Positions 1 through 10,204 of a stretch of 64,000 bases of DNA are shown piece by piece (position 1 is the stretch's first letter; every line of letters starts with the position of its first letter). The notes under the pieces are model-generated. The model made no database searches. It had not been told where the DNA came from and saw nothing but the letters and a program-made list of their open reading frames with translations. The DNA lies in NCBI GenBank assembly GCA_963662405.2, contig CAXXKT010000001.1:2016001-2080000 (forward strand). Direction: 5' to 3'. The DNA comes from Syntrophales bacterium. Lineage in GTDB: Bacteria > Desulfobacterota > Syntrophia > Syntrophales > UBA2210. The position numbers were made by a program, and so were the translations under genes.

Positions 1-1
1 G

Positions 2-664
2 GGTGTCGATACGTGCCACTGCATGGGGGCCTGTATCAGCCAGGGGGCGGGATTCTATCACGCCCACGCGGCGGACGGTCCCGATTGGCCCACGGTCGTT
101 GTCACCATCGGCGATTCGACCTTCTTTCACGCGGGGATCCCGGGGCTCGTCAATGCCGTCTTCACCGGGGCCCGGTTCATCCTCGTGATCCTCGATAACG
201 CGACCACCGCCATGACGGGGAACCAGCCCACCCCGCAGGTGGGGCTGATGGCCGACGGGACGCCGGGACATACCGTCTACATCCCCGATCTGGTCAGGGC
301 GAGCGGGGTGAAATTTCTCGAGGAGTGCGATCCCTACGACCTGGAGGCCTTTACCGTCCTCCTGAGAGAGGCGGATCGGTTCTGCCGGAGCGACGAAGGC
401 GGGGTGGCGGTGATCATCGCGAAGCACCCCTGCATCATGGACCGGAAGGCGCGGGAAAGCCAGAAACGCTACCGGGTGACGGTGACCGACGAATGCACGG
501 GGTGCAAGATCTGCATCAAGCGGTTCGAGTGTCCGTCACTCGTCTTTGACGAAGACGCGGAAACGGTATTTGTGGATGAGAACACCTGTATCGGGTGCGG
601 CGTTTGCGAGACGGTCTGCCCCGTGGGTGCGATTGAGATAGCGGAAATCGGAGGTGAGGCGTGA
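2..664 (+). CDS. iorA: Indolepyruvate ferredoxin oxidoreductase alpha subunit, 5'-truncated by the window edge
   Basis: TPP-binding motif GDSTFFHAG...LDNATTAMTGNQP; C-terminal 2x[4Fe-4S] motifs (CTGCKIC...CP, CIGCGVCETVCP); overlaps iorB. Confidence 0.9.
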   Translation, partial: GVDTCHCMGACISQGAGFYHAHAADGPDWPTVVVTIGDSTFFHAGIPGLVNAVFTGARFILVILDNATTAMTGNQPTPQVGLMADGTPGHTVYIPDLVRASGVKFLEECDPYDLEAFTVLLREADRFCRSDEGGVAVIIAKHPCIMDRKARESQKRYRVTVTDECTGCKICIKRFECPSLVFDEDAETVFVDENTCIGCGVCETVCPVGAIEIAEIGGEA

Positions 665-1167
665 AACAGCAGATCATTATCAGCGGAAGGGGAGGGCAGG
701 GCGTCCTCTTCGTGACGCGTCTTCTCGCCGAGGCGGGGTTGGCGGCGGGGGCCGATGTCCTGACATCGGAGACCCACGGCATGGCGATGCGCGGGGGGAC
801 CGTGGTCGCTCACGTCAAGGTCGGCGCATTCAAGAGCCCCCTCATTCGGATGGGGAGGGCGGATGTGGGCCTCTTCCTGACGGATGCCAATATCACCATC
901 CACGGCGACTTTGTCGGGCCGGATGGCCGGCGTATCGTCAATACGGGAAACACCGGCGCATACGAGGGGATCGACGCGACGGCCATGGCCAGGGAGCTCG
1001 GCTCTCTCCTCGCCACGAATCTGGTCCTCCTCGGGTTTGCCGTCCGGAAGGGGGCCCTCTTCTGCGATGAAGAGGTCATGCGAAGAGTTATCACAGAAAC
1101 ATCTCGTCCCCGACAGGTCGAGCTCAATCTCAAGGGGTTCGAGAGGGGGTTGCAATTATCCGTATAA
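661..1167 (+). CDS. iorB: Indolepyruvate oxidoreductase beta subunit (2-oxoacid:acceptor oxidoreductase gamma-like)
   Basis: ISGRGGQGV and SETHGMAMRGGTV motifs; GTGA overlap with the iorA stop. Confidence 0.88.
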   Translation: MKQQIIISGRGGQGVLFVTRLLAEAGLAAGADVLTSETHGMAMRGGTVVAHVKVGAFKSPLIRMGRADVGLFLTDANITIHGDFVGPDGRRIVNTGNTGAYEGIDATAMARELGSLLATNLVLLGFAVRKGALFCDEEVMRRVITETSRPRQVELNLKGFERGLQLSV

Positions 1168-1186
1168 CAAAAGGAGGGTTATATAT

Positions 1187-2209
1187 ATGAGAGTACTATG
1201 CAAAACAATCGTAGTGTGTGCCGTTATGGCCACGGTCTGTATGGCGGGCGTTGTGCCCGCGTCGGCGGGGTCGACGACGCTTTCCTATGCGAACTTCCCC
1301 CCCGCCCCCACCTTTCCCTGCGTCCAGATGGAACGGTGGAAGGGGGAGGTTGAGAGACGGACGGATGGCGCCCTCAAGATCAACACCTTTCCCGGCGGGA
1401 CGCTCCTCGGGGCGAAGAACATGTTCGACGGGGTCGTGGCGGGACAGGCCGATATCGGCTGCTTTGCCATGTCCTATCATCCCGGTCGCTTCCCCGTGGT
1501 CGAGGCGATCGACCTCCCCCTGGGGTGGCCCAACGCGACGGTGGCGAGCCTCTCGCTCCTCGATCTCTTTGAGAAGTACCGGCCCGCATCATTCGGGAAG
1601 GTCAAGGTCCTGACTCTGTTCACCTGCCCGCCGGCCAATGTCATGTCGATCGATCCGGTGCGGACCCTGGCGGATCTGAAGGGGATGGAGATCCGGGCGG
1701 CCGGTACCGGCGTCAAGGTCTTCGAACTCCTCGGGGCGAGTCCCATCGGGATGCCCCAGTCGGACGTCCCCGACGCCCTCCACAAGAAGGTGATCAAGGG
1801 GATGGCCTCGTCCCTCGAGGTGATGAAGGATTTCAACTATGCCGAGTACTGCCGGTACATTACGATGACCAATCTCCAGGTGGTGACCTTTGCCGTGGTG
1901 ATGAACCGTGACCGCTGGGACTCTCTCGCTCCCGAGGTTCAGAAGGTTCTCGACGACCTGTGCCGCGAACAGACGGAGTGGACGGGGCGGTATGTGGACG
2001 CGCACGTTGATGAGGCCGTTGCCTGGTCGAAGGAAACGTACACTGTTGAGGTGATCGAGTTCGACGCCGCAGGGAAGGCAGAGATGAAGAAGAGGCTCGA
2101 ACCCCTCGTGAACGGATACATCGAACGGGTCGGCTCGAAGGTGCCCTCAAAAGAGATCATCACGGATGTCATGAAGTTCCAGGATATCTATGCCAAGAAA
2201 TATCGGTAA
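1187..2209 (+). CDS. dctP: TRAP transporter solute-binding protein (DctP family)
   Basis: AAGGAGG RBS before ATG 1187; signal peptide; FPGGTLLG, DLKGMEIR, LGASPIGMP motifs; followed by dctQM. Confidence 0.9.
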   Translation: MRVLCKTIVVCAVMATVCMAGVVPASAGSTTLSYANFPPAPTFPCVQMERWKGEVERRTDGALKINTFPGGTLLGAKNMFDGVVAGQADIGCFAMSYHPGRFPVVEAIDLPLGWPNATVASLSLLDLFEKYRPASFGKVKVLTLFTCPPANVMSIDPVRTLADLKGMEIRAAGTGVKVFELLGASPIGMPQSDVPDALHKKVIKGMASSLEVMKDFNYAEYCRYITMTNLQVVTFAVVMNRDRWDSLAPEVQKVLDDLCREQTEWTGRYVDAHVDEAVAWSKETYTVEVIEFDAAGKAEMKKRLEPLVNGYIERVGSKVPSKEIITDVMKFQDIYAKKYR

Positions 2210-2219
2210 GAAAGCGGGA

Positions 2220-2729
2220 ATGAGGACTATGAGACACCTTGTCGGATACCTTGACCGTTCGGTGCGCTTCCTGAACGGCATCCTGATGGGAACAGCCGGT
2301 ATCTTCCTTGTGGCGATGGTGCTCCTCGCCTGCGCGAACGTAGTGTGCCGGGGTTTCAGTGTGCCCGTGAAGGGGACCTTCGAACTGATGGGGCTTTTTG
2401 GTGCCGTCGTGGCCGCATTCGCCCTGGCCGCGACACAGCTCCAGCGGCAGCACATCGCGGTCGATGTCCTGGTCAATTCCTTTCCAAAGGGGGTCAGGCG
2501 TATCCTGAGTACCCTCAACTACCTGATCGGGGCGGCCCTCTTTCTGCTGGCCGCCTGGCAGACCGGGGTCCTGGCGACCAATCTCTGGAAGGTCCATGAA
2601 CTCTCCGAGACGCTCCGGATCATCTATTTCCCCTTCGTCTACGCCGTCTCGTTCGGGTGTGTGGTGATCGCCCTGGTCCTGATCATTGAACTCTTAAAGA
2701 TTCTCAGCGGAGAGGAGGAAGGGACATGA
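2220..2729 (+). CDS. dctQ: TRAP transporter small permease
   Basis: 4 TM segments, HIAVD motif; start could be 2229. Confidence 0.88.
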   Translation: MRTMRHLVGYLDRSVRFLNGILMGTAGIFLVAMVLLACANVVCRGFSVPVKGTFELMGLFGAVVAAFALAATQLQRQHIAVDVLVNSFPKGVRRILSTLNYLIGAALFLLAAWQTGVLATNLWKVHELSETLRIIYFPFVYAVSFGCVVIALVLIIELLKILSGEEEGT

Positions 2730-4030
2730 GCGTTACCTGTATCGGCCTCGCCGGTATCGTCATTCTCCTCTTTCTGCTCCTCTTCCTGGGGATGCCCGTG
2801 GGATTCACCATGGCCGCTGTCGGTTTCGGCGGGATCTGGTACCTCATCTCCTTCAAGGCGTCTGCGGGGATGGTCGGGGCGGAACTGTGGAACACCTTTT
2901 CCTCGTATGGTCTCACCATGGTCCCCCTCTTCGTCTTTATGGGGCAGATCTGTTTTTATTCGGGGCTCAACGAACGGCTCTTCCGGGCGACCCACACCCT
3001 GACGGGGCATATCCGCGGGGGGCTCGCCATGGCCACGATCTTCGCCTGCGCCGGTTTTTCGGCTATCTGCGGCTCCAACACGGCAACGGCGGCGACCATG
3101 ACCTCCGTCGCCCTCCCCGAGATGAAGAAGTACCGGTATCATCCGGACCTCTCCGTCGGGTCGATTGCCTGCGGTTCCACGCTCGGGGTGGTCATCCCCC
3201 CCAGCGTGGTCCTCATCCTGATCGGCCTGTACACGGGGCAGTCGATCAGCAAGCTCTTCTACGGGGGGATACCGGCGGGACTCCTCCTCGCCGCCTCCTT
3301 CATGCTGACCATCGTTATCCTGTGCAGGATCAATCCCCAGTGGAGCCCGCTCGGCGAGAGGCGGTCCATGAGGGAGAAGATGGCCGCCCTCCCCGGTTTT
3401 CTGGAGACCATTCTCCTCTTTGCCCTGGTCATGGGGGGACTCTACGCGGGGGTCTTCACCCCGACGGAGGCCGGGGCCGTGGGGAGCTTTCTGGCCCTTG
3501 CCATCAGCCTGGTCAGGAGGACACTGACCTGGCAGGGGTTCAGGGCGGCCGTTGTCGATACCCTCCAGGTATCCTGCATGGTCTTCGTCATCATCGCCGG
3601 GGCGGTTATGTTCAGTCGATTTCTGGCCCTTACCCGGATCCCCTTCGATATCGCCGACTGGGTCGCCGCCCTGCCGATCCCGCCGTTTGCCATCTTGGGC
3701 GTCATATTCGTGATCTATGTGATCGGTGGGGCCTTGATGGACGCCCTCGCCCTGCTCCTGATCACCATCCCCATCTTCTTCCCCGTCGCCGAGAAGCTCG
3801 GGTACGACCCGGTCTGGTTCGGCGTGATGATTACCATTATCACCACGCTGGGCGCCGTGACGCCCCCCGTGGGGGCCTCGACCTATGTGGTGGCTGGCAT
3901 GGCGGAGGGGATCGGGTTGGGGGGTGTCTTCCGGGGCGTTCTCTACTTTCTCCCGGCCTACATCCTGTGTATCATACTCCTGATGGTGGTCCCCGAGATC
4001 ATCACCTACCTGCCGGGCCTGGTTCGGTAG
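2726..4030 (+). CDS. dctM: TRAP transporter large permease
   Basis: GGLAMATI, LGVVIPPS, FTPTEAGAVG, TPPVG motifs; highly hydrophobic. Confidence 0.92.
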   Translation: MSVTCIGLAGIVILLFLLLFLGMPVGFTMAAVGFGGIWYLISFKASAGMVGAELWNTFSSYGLTMVPLFVFMGQICFYSGLNERLFRATHTLTGHIRGGLAMATIFACAGFSAICGSNTATAATMTSVALPEMKKYRYHPDLSVGSIACGSTLGVVIPPSVVLILIGLYTGQSISKLFYGGIPAGLLLAASFMLTIVILCRINPQWSPLGERRSMREKMAALPGFLETILLFALVMGGLYAGVFTPTEAGAVGSFLALAISLVRRTLTWQGFRAAVVDTLQVSCMVFVIIAGAVMFSRFLALTRIPFDIADWVAALPIPPFAILGVIFVIYVIGGALMDALALLLITIPIFFPVAEKLGYDPVWFGVMITIITTLGAVTPPVGASTYVVAGMAEGIGLGGVFRGVLYFLPAYILCIILLMVVPEIITYLPGLVR

Positions 4031-4216
4031 GGGCTTCCGTCTACAAATTGTAGAAAATTCTGTCCACATGGAAGAACAACTCCCATTTTCTCATTTTGCT
4101 ATCGAATATCGTATAAACGATCCAATTTCATATTCTTAGTGATTCAACTTTTGGATGCCAGAGGTATGAAAACGCCGTGTGGCAGGGAGAAGATCTTCTA
4201 CGTAACGAAACATGAC

Positions 4217-4256
4217 TTGACGTATTGTAGATGTTGCCTTAAAATGTGTCATCTAC
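4217..4256 (+). promoter_or_regulatory. Sigma70-type promoter with an overlapping inverted-repeat operator
   Basis: TTGACG(4217-4222)-17 bp-TAAAAT(4240-4245); GTAGATG(4227-4233)/CATCTAC(4250-4256) inverted repeat brackets the -10. Confidence 0.6.
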
Positions 4257-4284
4257 TAAATCGAAGGTATTCGTGAGGTGTGCT

Positions 4285-4857
4285 ATGTTGACAGAAAAAA
4301 CATTGAATCAAATCTTGGGAGTGCTTGAACTAACATCCAAATATTGTGAAACGGGCCTTCCTCTCCAAAAAGCTTATCAAAAATCTGTAAAAAATATCGC
4401 TCACAAATATTCAGTGAGATATCAGACCATTGCCGATGGCTGCCGCAGGAGATTGAATCTGGATAATATTAATGAATTTATCAGTCTATTGGATGAATGG
4501 TTAGGAGGTAACCCCAGTAATTTGAAAAGATTGCTTTTAAAGAATGTTGGTAATCTTGAGGAGTATAAAATTGAAAACTTTTTTGACCATATCAGAACTT
4601 CATCTCAAGAAGCACTAATTGAAAGAAAAGTAGAAAATTCATTTGAGGTAATTACTTTCAAAACTACAAGAGATGTGGCCAGTAAACTACGCTCATTAGC
4701 TGATGCAGAAGGTGAAAACATCCAAGATTATATGAATGTAATTATAAAAAACCACGTAGACAAACATTATGTTGAATATTTGAAGCAACTGATTAACGCT
4801 TTGCCTCATGAGCATAGAGAAAAAGTCATGGCAGAGTTGGCTAAGGGCTTGGAGTAA
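4285..4857 (+). CDS. AT-rich hypothetical protein with a possible C-terminal ribbon-helix-helix (CopG-like) domain
   Basis: GAGGTG RBS before ATG 4285; segment ITFKTTRDVASKLRSLADAEGENIQDYMNVII fits a beta-alpha-alpha RHH pattern (judged by eye). Confidence 0.6.
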   Translation: MLTEKTLNQILGVLELTSKYCETGLPLQKAYQKSVKNIAHKYSVRYQTIADGCRRRLNLDNINEFISLLDEWLGGNPSNLKRLLLKNVGNLEEYKIENFFDHIRTSSQEALIERKVENSFEVITFKTTRDVASKLRSLADAEGENIQDYMNVIIKNHVDKHYVEYLKQLINALPHEHREKVMAELAKGLE

Positions 4858-4880
4858 GTTTATAAATTGTTATAGATGAC

Positions 4881-6209
4881 CACTAGTGTCCGGAATAATT
4901 ACCTCTAGTCACGAATAACATATTGTTAATATTTGTTAATAATTGAAAAATGACTGTCCTCGACTTGAAAATTGCCCGTTATGCCTGCCATACTTTCCCA
5001 ACAACTTCTCTGGGAAAGGATTCTTATGTACACAGGCCCGCTCGTCTTCGCCCAAGTCATGAACTTCATGCCTCTGAAGCACTTCCAACGATGTATAGAG
5101 AAGTATCAGGGCAATTTCAGTGTCAAAAGTTTCTCATGCCTCGATCAGTTTCGAGTCATGGCCTTCGCTCAGTTGACCTATCGCGAGAGTCTTCGGGATA
5201 TCGAGGCATGCCTTCGATCCCAGAGCAAGAAGCTTTACCACATGGGCATACGGGGCAAGGTATCCAGGAGCACGCTTGCCGAGGCGAACGAAAACCGCGA
5301 TTGGCGTATGTACGCCGACTTCGCTCATCATCTGATCGATATCGCTCGGAATCTGTATCTGGACGAGCCAACCGTTCTCGATCTCAATCAGACAGTCTAT
5401 GCACTGGATGCTACAACTATCGATTTGTGCCTGTCCCTGTTTCCATGGGCACTCTTCCGACAGCACAAAGGTGCGGTCAGGCTTCACACATTGCTGGACC
5501 TGCGGGGTCATATCCCGACCTTCATCTACATCTCCGACGGCAAGCTCCACGAGGTCAACGTGTTGGACATCGTCCCCTTGGAACCGGGTGCCTTTTATAT
5601 CATGGACCGTGGATATACCGACTTTCTCAGACTCTACGCGATAACACAGGCATCGGCTTACTTGGTCATTCGAGCAAAATCCAATCTGAACTTTCGCAGA
5701 GTGTACTCCCACGCAGTAGATCGAAGTACCGGTTTGATATGCGATCAAACCATACGACTATCAGGCTATTACGCATCCAGAGACTACCCGGAAAAGCTGC
5801 GCCGCATAAAGTATCGCGACAAAGAGACCGGCAAAACTTTGGTGTTTCTGACCAACAACTTTACGCTTCCTGCCCTTGTCATTGCGAAGCTTTACAAACA
5901 GAGATGGCAGATAGAGCTCTTCTTCAAATGGATCAAACAGAACCTGCGCATCAAGCGTTTTTACGGAACCTCGGAGAATGCCGTCAAAGTGCGAATATGG
6001 ATTGCCGTATCCGTATACCTGCTTGTAGCTATTATTCGAAAGAAGCTCAATATCCAGGCCAGTCTCTACACAATTTTACAGATCTTGAGCGTGTCTATTT
6101 TTGAAAGAACTATGCTAAATCAACTACTTGGATTCTATGACTACACAACAGAAACAACAGAAAACAATAACCAACTGAATTTATTTACAGATTATCCCGG
6201 ACACTAGTG
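4881..6209 (+). mobile_element. Intact IS4-family insertion sequence (1329 bp)
   Basis: Terminal IRs CACTAGTGTCCGGAATAAT and its reverse complement at 6191-6209 (18/19 match); 9-bp target duplication ATAGATGAC at 4872-4880 and 6210-6218. Confidence 0.95.
5026..6207 (+). CDS. IS4-family DDE transposase (DUF4372-type N-terminus)
   Basis: ALDATTI, MDRGY and YKQRWQIELFFKWIKQ (YREK-like) motifs; stop codon lies inside the right IR. Confidence 0.93.
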   Translation: MYTGPLVFAQVMNFMPLKHFQRCIEKYQGNFSVKSFSCLDQFRVMAFAQLTYRESLRDIEACLRSQSKKLYHMGIRGKVSRSTLAEANENRDWRMYADFAHHLIDIARNLYLDEPTVLDLNQTVYALDATTIDLCLSLFPWALFRQHKGAVRLHTLLDLRGHIPTFIYISDGKLHEVNVLDIVPLEPGAFYIMDRGYTDFLRLYAITQASAYLVIRAKSNLNFRRVYSHAVDRSTGLICDQTIRLSGYYASRDYPEKLRRIKYRDKETGKTLVFLTNNFTLPALVIAKLYKQRWQIELFFKWIKQNLRIKRFYGTSENAVKVRIWIAVSVYLLVAIIRKKLNIQASLYTILQILSVSIFERTMLNQLLGFYDYTTETTENNNQLNLFTDYPGH

Positions 6210-6288
6210 ATAGATGACAATCTTTCATGTTTGCATTTGCTAGGATGCTATTACTAAGTTCGGTGTTATCTATAAAAAGGAGAAATGT

Positions 6289-6522
6289 ATGGAATATATG
6301 TTTACAGATTGGGATGGCCGGAGCTATAAAAGGAAAACAAAAGACAATATTTCAATTGCAGCGGAATATATTTCACCGGGAAAGATAGATGTGTCTTTGA
6401 AGCAAGAATCTGGGAAAAGCTTTCTTCGGTTAATTCTTGCAAGAAAAGAAGCGGCAGCTATTATCAGTTCGCTAAATGCAGCGGGTTCTGAATGCAAGCT
6501 TTGTATTATTTCGACATCATAA
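6289..6522 (+). CDS. Small AT-rich hypothetical protein (77 aa)
   Basis: Strong AAGGAG RBS; open frame; no recognised motif. Confidence 0.55.
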   Translation: MEYMFTDWDGRSYKRKTKDNISIAAEYISPGKIDVSLKQESGKSFLRLILARKEAAAIISSLNAAGSECKLCIISTS

Positions 6523-6676
6523 CCAAAGTAATTTGACGACGCTCTACTATTTTCTCAAGAACAAGGCGAATTTTTACGCTATCGCCGTATTCTCTAGCTC
6601 TTTTCCTAAAGAATAGGGAAATATCTTGCTCACTTCCTAAGAGACGGTTGGTTGCTACATCTTTTTGAGAGGGCTC

Positions 6677-7198
6677 ATGGGAAACACAAAAGAAGAAACA
6701 TCATGGATCGAAAAAGCGGGAGAGGATCTCTTCAACTTTGCTGTTGATCGCGAGGACTTAAAGTCGGTTATGCTGCTTCTCCCGGAGGAGGCGGACATCA
6801 AACGGGAGACGGTCGCATATGAACTCCAGGTATTGAAGTTTATCAGTACCGGATGGAGTATCCCCTATTTCCTTGAAAACTCTCCAGACAAGGACCGGCT
6901 TGCCCGGTTGTATTGGGAAACGGTGTATCAGTCTTGTCTCGGCATATCCGAGGCAACGAATATGATGATCGGTCAAAAAATAGATTATTTCGATATATTA
7001 AAGAAACGCCTTGCAATGTATGTTGAGGCCATGAAGGGGCGACCGGATGCCCCCGAACCCGCCAGTGTCGTGGGACCGGAATTCGCACGGACCTGCGGGA
7101 ATGGGGACGACGTATTCACGGTCATGGCGGGTGCACGGATGTTCAAATCGACCGTTGCCAGCGTCAAGAAATATTTAGAGACGGTGGGGATGCTGTAG
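6677..7198 (+). CDS. Hypothetical protein
   Basis: GAGGG RBS before ATG 6677; protein-like composition; no recognised motif. Confidence 0.65.
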   Translation: MGNTKEETSWIEKAGEDLFNFAVDREDLKSVMLLLPEEADIKRETVAYELQVLKFISTGWSIPYFLENSPDKDRLARLYWETVYQSCLGISEATNMMIGQKIDYFDILKKRLAMYVEAMKGRPDAPEPASVVGPEFARTCGNGDDVFTVMAGARMFKSTVASVKKYLETVGML

Positions 7199-7200
7199 CT

Positions 7201-7302
7201 TTCAGTGTGGCCGTCTCCGTCTTGCTTGTGTATATCGCGTGCATGATCCCTGTGATGATGGTTCCCGAGATCCTTCCCTGCCTGTCCGGTCTGGCTCGAT
7301 AG
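7201..7302 (+). pseudogene. Decayed copy of a dctM 3' end
   Basis: Translates FSVAVSVLLVYIACMIPVMMVPEILPCLSGLAR*; 15/33 ungapped identities to the last 33 aa of DctM (2726-4030), with the same TAG stop. Confidence 0.7.
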
Positions 7303-7408
7303 GGAAGGAGAGTCTTTTCCTTTCCCCGCTGGAAATCGAACGGGTTCTGCGCATCCTCGATCATGACCCGGTGGCGCCCCGGTTTCCGCTGAAACAATCC
7401 TCGAATTA

Positions 7409-8108
7409 ATGAAAGCGTATAAGACAAATAACTTTTATCAGGTTTACGGAATGACTGAAACAGGACCGAAGGGTATGACCTTGGCTCCGAGAGACCAACT
7501 CCGGAAAGCCGGTTCCATCGGCTGTATCGGCAGTTATGGGTGCAGCATGAGATTAATGAACAGTGATGAGGTGGAAGCTCTTCCCGGTGAAGTAGGTGAG
7601 ATTTATCTCAAGACCGATAGTGTGATAACAGGTTATTATAATGATCCTCAGGCAACGGCAGCCGCGTTTCACAATAGGTGGTACAAGTCCGGTGACGTGG
7701 CCCGCATGGATGAGGACTGGTTATCTATTCATTGCGGATCGGACGAAGGACATAATTATCACCGGTGGTGAGAATATGTATTCCAAGGAAGTTGAGGACG
7801 TGATCCGGGAACATCCTGAAATCGCCGATTGCGGTGTCATTGGGGTTTCCCATCCTGACTGGGGTGAAACGGTGGTTGCGGTTATTGTGACGGTTCCCCG
7901 GGCACACCTGACCGCTGATATCATTTCCGCGTATCTGAAAGACAAATTGGCAAGGTATAAGATTCCGAGACGATATGAGTTTGTAGACGAATTACCCTAT
8001 ACCCCTTCCGGTAAGATTATGAAATTCAAGCTTCGTGAAACCTTTTCCAGGTCAGCTCGAATGTTTGGTGAGTGTATGGGTCAAGATGTCGGCGCCGCGA
8101 ATCTTTGA
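7409..8108 (+). pseudogene. Acyl-CoA synthetase (AMP-binding) C-terminal relic with a frameshift
   Basis: YGMTETGP, GEIYLK, SGDVARMDED in one frame; GYLFIADRTKDIIITGGEN...SGKIMK in another (one extra base near 7718); N-terminal half absent. Confidence 0.85.
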
Positions 8109-8275
8109 TCCTCTGTACGGGAGCATCTCTTTTTGAGCGAGATAGACGATATTCCTCCGAGTGATCTGATCCCCCGGTTTTGCCGGGGGATCGCTCAATC
8201 TTGGTTTTCCGCTTATATCAGGCTTAATCGGTTTCAGGGCTGGTGGTCGTGCTGTGTCTTGCACCTGCGTGAGGG

Positions 8276-9448
8276 TTATTCCGTTTCCCCGGACCGTTTC
8301 CTGGAGCCGCCGTACAGATCGTATCCGAAGAGCCGGCATTCGATGTTGCTGTTGTGAAAAGGGGTCCGGGTTTTCGCCCGCAGCCCCACCTGCTTGGCGA
8401 GTTCCCTGTTCCCCGTGAAGATGTAGCCGCGGTACCCGGTACACCGCTGTTTGAAATAATCGCCCATCCGCCGGTAGGTACCCTCCAGCTGTCTGATCTC
8501 TCCCATCCGCTCGCCGTATTCCGGGTTCAGGACGACCACCCCCGGTCCATCCGGGACCGGAGTGTCGGCAAAGTCGCAGACCTCGAACTCGATGAGGTGG
8601 GCCACCCCGGCGGCCGTCGCGTTTTTCCGGGCCGCCTCGACTGCCTTCGGATCTTGATCCGTCGCGATGATCCGACCGGGTGTTGCCTTCCTTCTCTTTT
8701 CCGCCTGCCCCTTCATCTTTCTCCAGAGGGTCCGGTCGAATCCCGTGAGGTGCATGAAGCCGTAGTTGCCGCGCAGGGAACCCGGATCTCTCCCGGCGGC
8801 GATGAGGGCCGCCTCGATGGCGAGGGTTCCGCTCCCGCACATGGGATTGACGAAGTTCTCCGAGACTTGCCACTCTGAGGCGAGGACGACCGCCGCCGCG
8901 AGTGTCTCCTGCATCGGGGCCGAGAGGGGGATCTTCCGGTATCCCCGGCGGGAGAGCGATTCTCCCGAGGTGTCCAGATAAACGCTGCACCGGGTGCCCT
9001 TCCAGTAGATGAACACGACCGACTGGTCTCTCTTCGGGCCGGAATCGGGTCGATAGTCGAGCTTTGCGTAAAACCGGTCGACAATGGCATCCTTCCCCCT
9101 GAGGTTGGCAAATCGGGTATCCTTCACCGATGGGGTCTCGACGGCGGAGGTGACACAGAGGTATCCTCTGGGAGAGAAATAGTCTTCCCACGGGATCTTC
9201 CGCATCTGCGCGTAGAGATCGTCGGTGGTTTTCGCCTGGAAGGTCCGGAGAAGGTAGAGGGCTCGCTGCCCGGTCCGCACCGAGAGGTTAATCCTCATGG
9301 CGTCCTCGAGGGTGCCTTTCGTCTCGACCCCCGCGATACGTTCCGATCGGACGGGAAGGCCCAGGGCGGCGATCTCCCCCTTCAGGAAGGGAGCGATCCC
9401 CTTCGAGCAGGTGACGAGGATGATGCTGCTGTTCGTAAAAACGGCCAT
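8276..9448 (-). CDS. THUMP-domain class I SAM-dependent RNA methyltransferase (RlmL-like)
   Basis: LDTSGESLSRRGYR, APMQETLAAA, NPMCGSGT, LNPEYGER motifs. Confidence 0.88.
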   Translation of the reverse strand: MAVFTNSSIILVTCSKGIAPFLKGEIAALGLPVRSERIAGVETKGTLEDAMRINLSVRTGQRALYLLRTFQAKTTDDLYAQMRKIPWEDYFSPRGYLCVTSAVETPSVKDTRFANLRGKDAIVDRFYAKLDYRPDSGPKRDQSVVFIYWKGTRCSVYLDTSGESLSRRGYRKIPLSAPMQETLAAAVVLASEWQVSENFVNPMCGSGTLAIEAALIAAGRDPGSLRGNYGFMHLTGFDRTLWRKMKGQAEKRRKATPGRIIATDQDPKAVEAARKNATAAGVAHLIEFEVCDFADTPVPDGPGVVVLNPEYGERMGEIRQLEGTYRRMGDYFKQRCTGYRGYIFTGNRELAKQVGLRAKTRTPFHNSNIECRLFGYDLYGGSRKRSGETE

Positions 9449-9489
9449 GCGGTTACTTTCGGCGACCTCGCGGATAACGGGTCTCTCAA

Positions 9490-10191
9490 CTATTCACCGT
9501 CGGCAAATTTATACCCGAATCCGCGTACGGTGAGGATATACTGAGGGCGCGATGTACTTTCCTCGATCTGTGCCCTGAGACGCTTGATGTGGACATCGAC
9601 GGTCCTCGGTTCCACGAAGGCCTCGTCCCCCCATACCCGGTCCAGGAGCTGGCCCCTTGTATAGACCCTTCCCGGGTTCAGGGCAAGGACTTTCAAGACT
9701 TTAAACTCCGTGGGGCTCAGATCGATCTGCTGGCCGTGGGCCATCACTCGATGGGATGCAAAATTGATATGAAGATCTTTGTAGCCGAAGGTGTTGTCCT
9801 CCCCGGTCTCATTCCCCCTTGTCATCCTGCGCAGGAGGGAACGAACGCGGGCCACCAGTTCCTTCACGCTGAATGGTTTGGCCATGTAGTCGTCCGCCCC
9901 GACCTCGAGCCCCAGGACCGTGTCCGTCTCCGTCCCCTTTGCCGTCAGCATGATGATGGGGAGGGCGGCATGTGCCGGATCACGGCGGATCCGCTTGCAG
10001 ACTTCGATCCCCTGGATACCGGGGAGCATGAGATCGAGAAGCAGCAGGTGCGGCTCTTCCGCCTCGATCTGCCTGAGGGCCGTCTCTCCATCGTAGGCCT
10101 TCACGACGGCGAACCCTTCCTTTATAAGGTTGTACGCGATCAGTTCGACGATGTCTCGTTCGTCATCCACCACCAGGATCTTTTCAGCCAT
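9490..10191 (-). CDS. phoB: Phosphate regulon response regulator (OmpR family)
   Basis: ILVVDDE, LLDLMLP, GADDYMAKPF, RTVDVHIKRLR; last gene of the pst-phoU-phoR operon. Confidence 0.88.
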   Translation of the reverse strand: MAEKILVVDDERDIVELIAYNLIKEGFAVVKAYDGETALRQIEAEEPHLLLLDLMLPGIQGIEVCKRIRRDPAHAALPIIMLTAKGTETDTVLGLEVGADDYMAKPFSVKELVARVRSLLRRMTRGNETGEDNTFGYKDLHINFASHRVMAHGQQIDLSPTEFKVLKVLALNPGRVYTRGQLLDRVWGDEAFVEPRTVDVHIKRLRAQIEESTSRPQYILTVRGFGYKFADGE

Positions 10192-10204
10192 ATCCCTCCA
10201 CTTG

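Noticed and set aside
4950..6104. 384-aa alternative-frame ORF inside IS4
   Set aside because: Overlaps the motif-bearing transposase on the same strand; Ser/Arg-rich with no recognisable domain.
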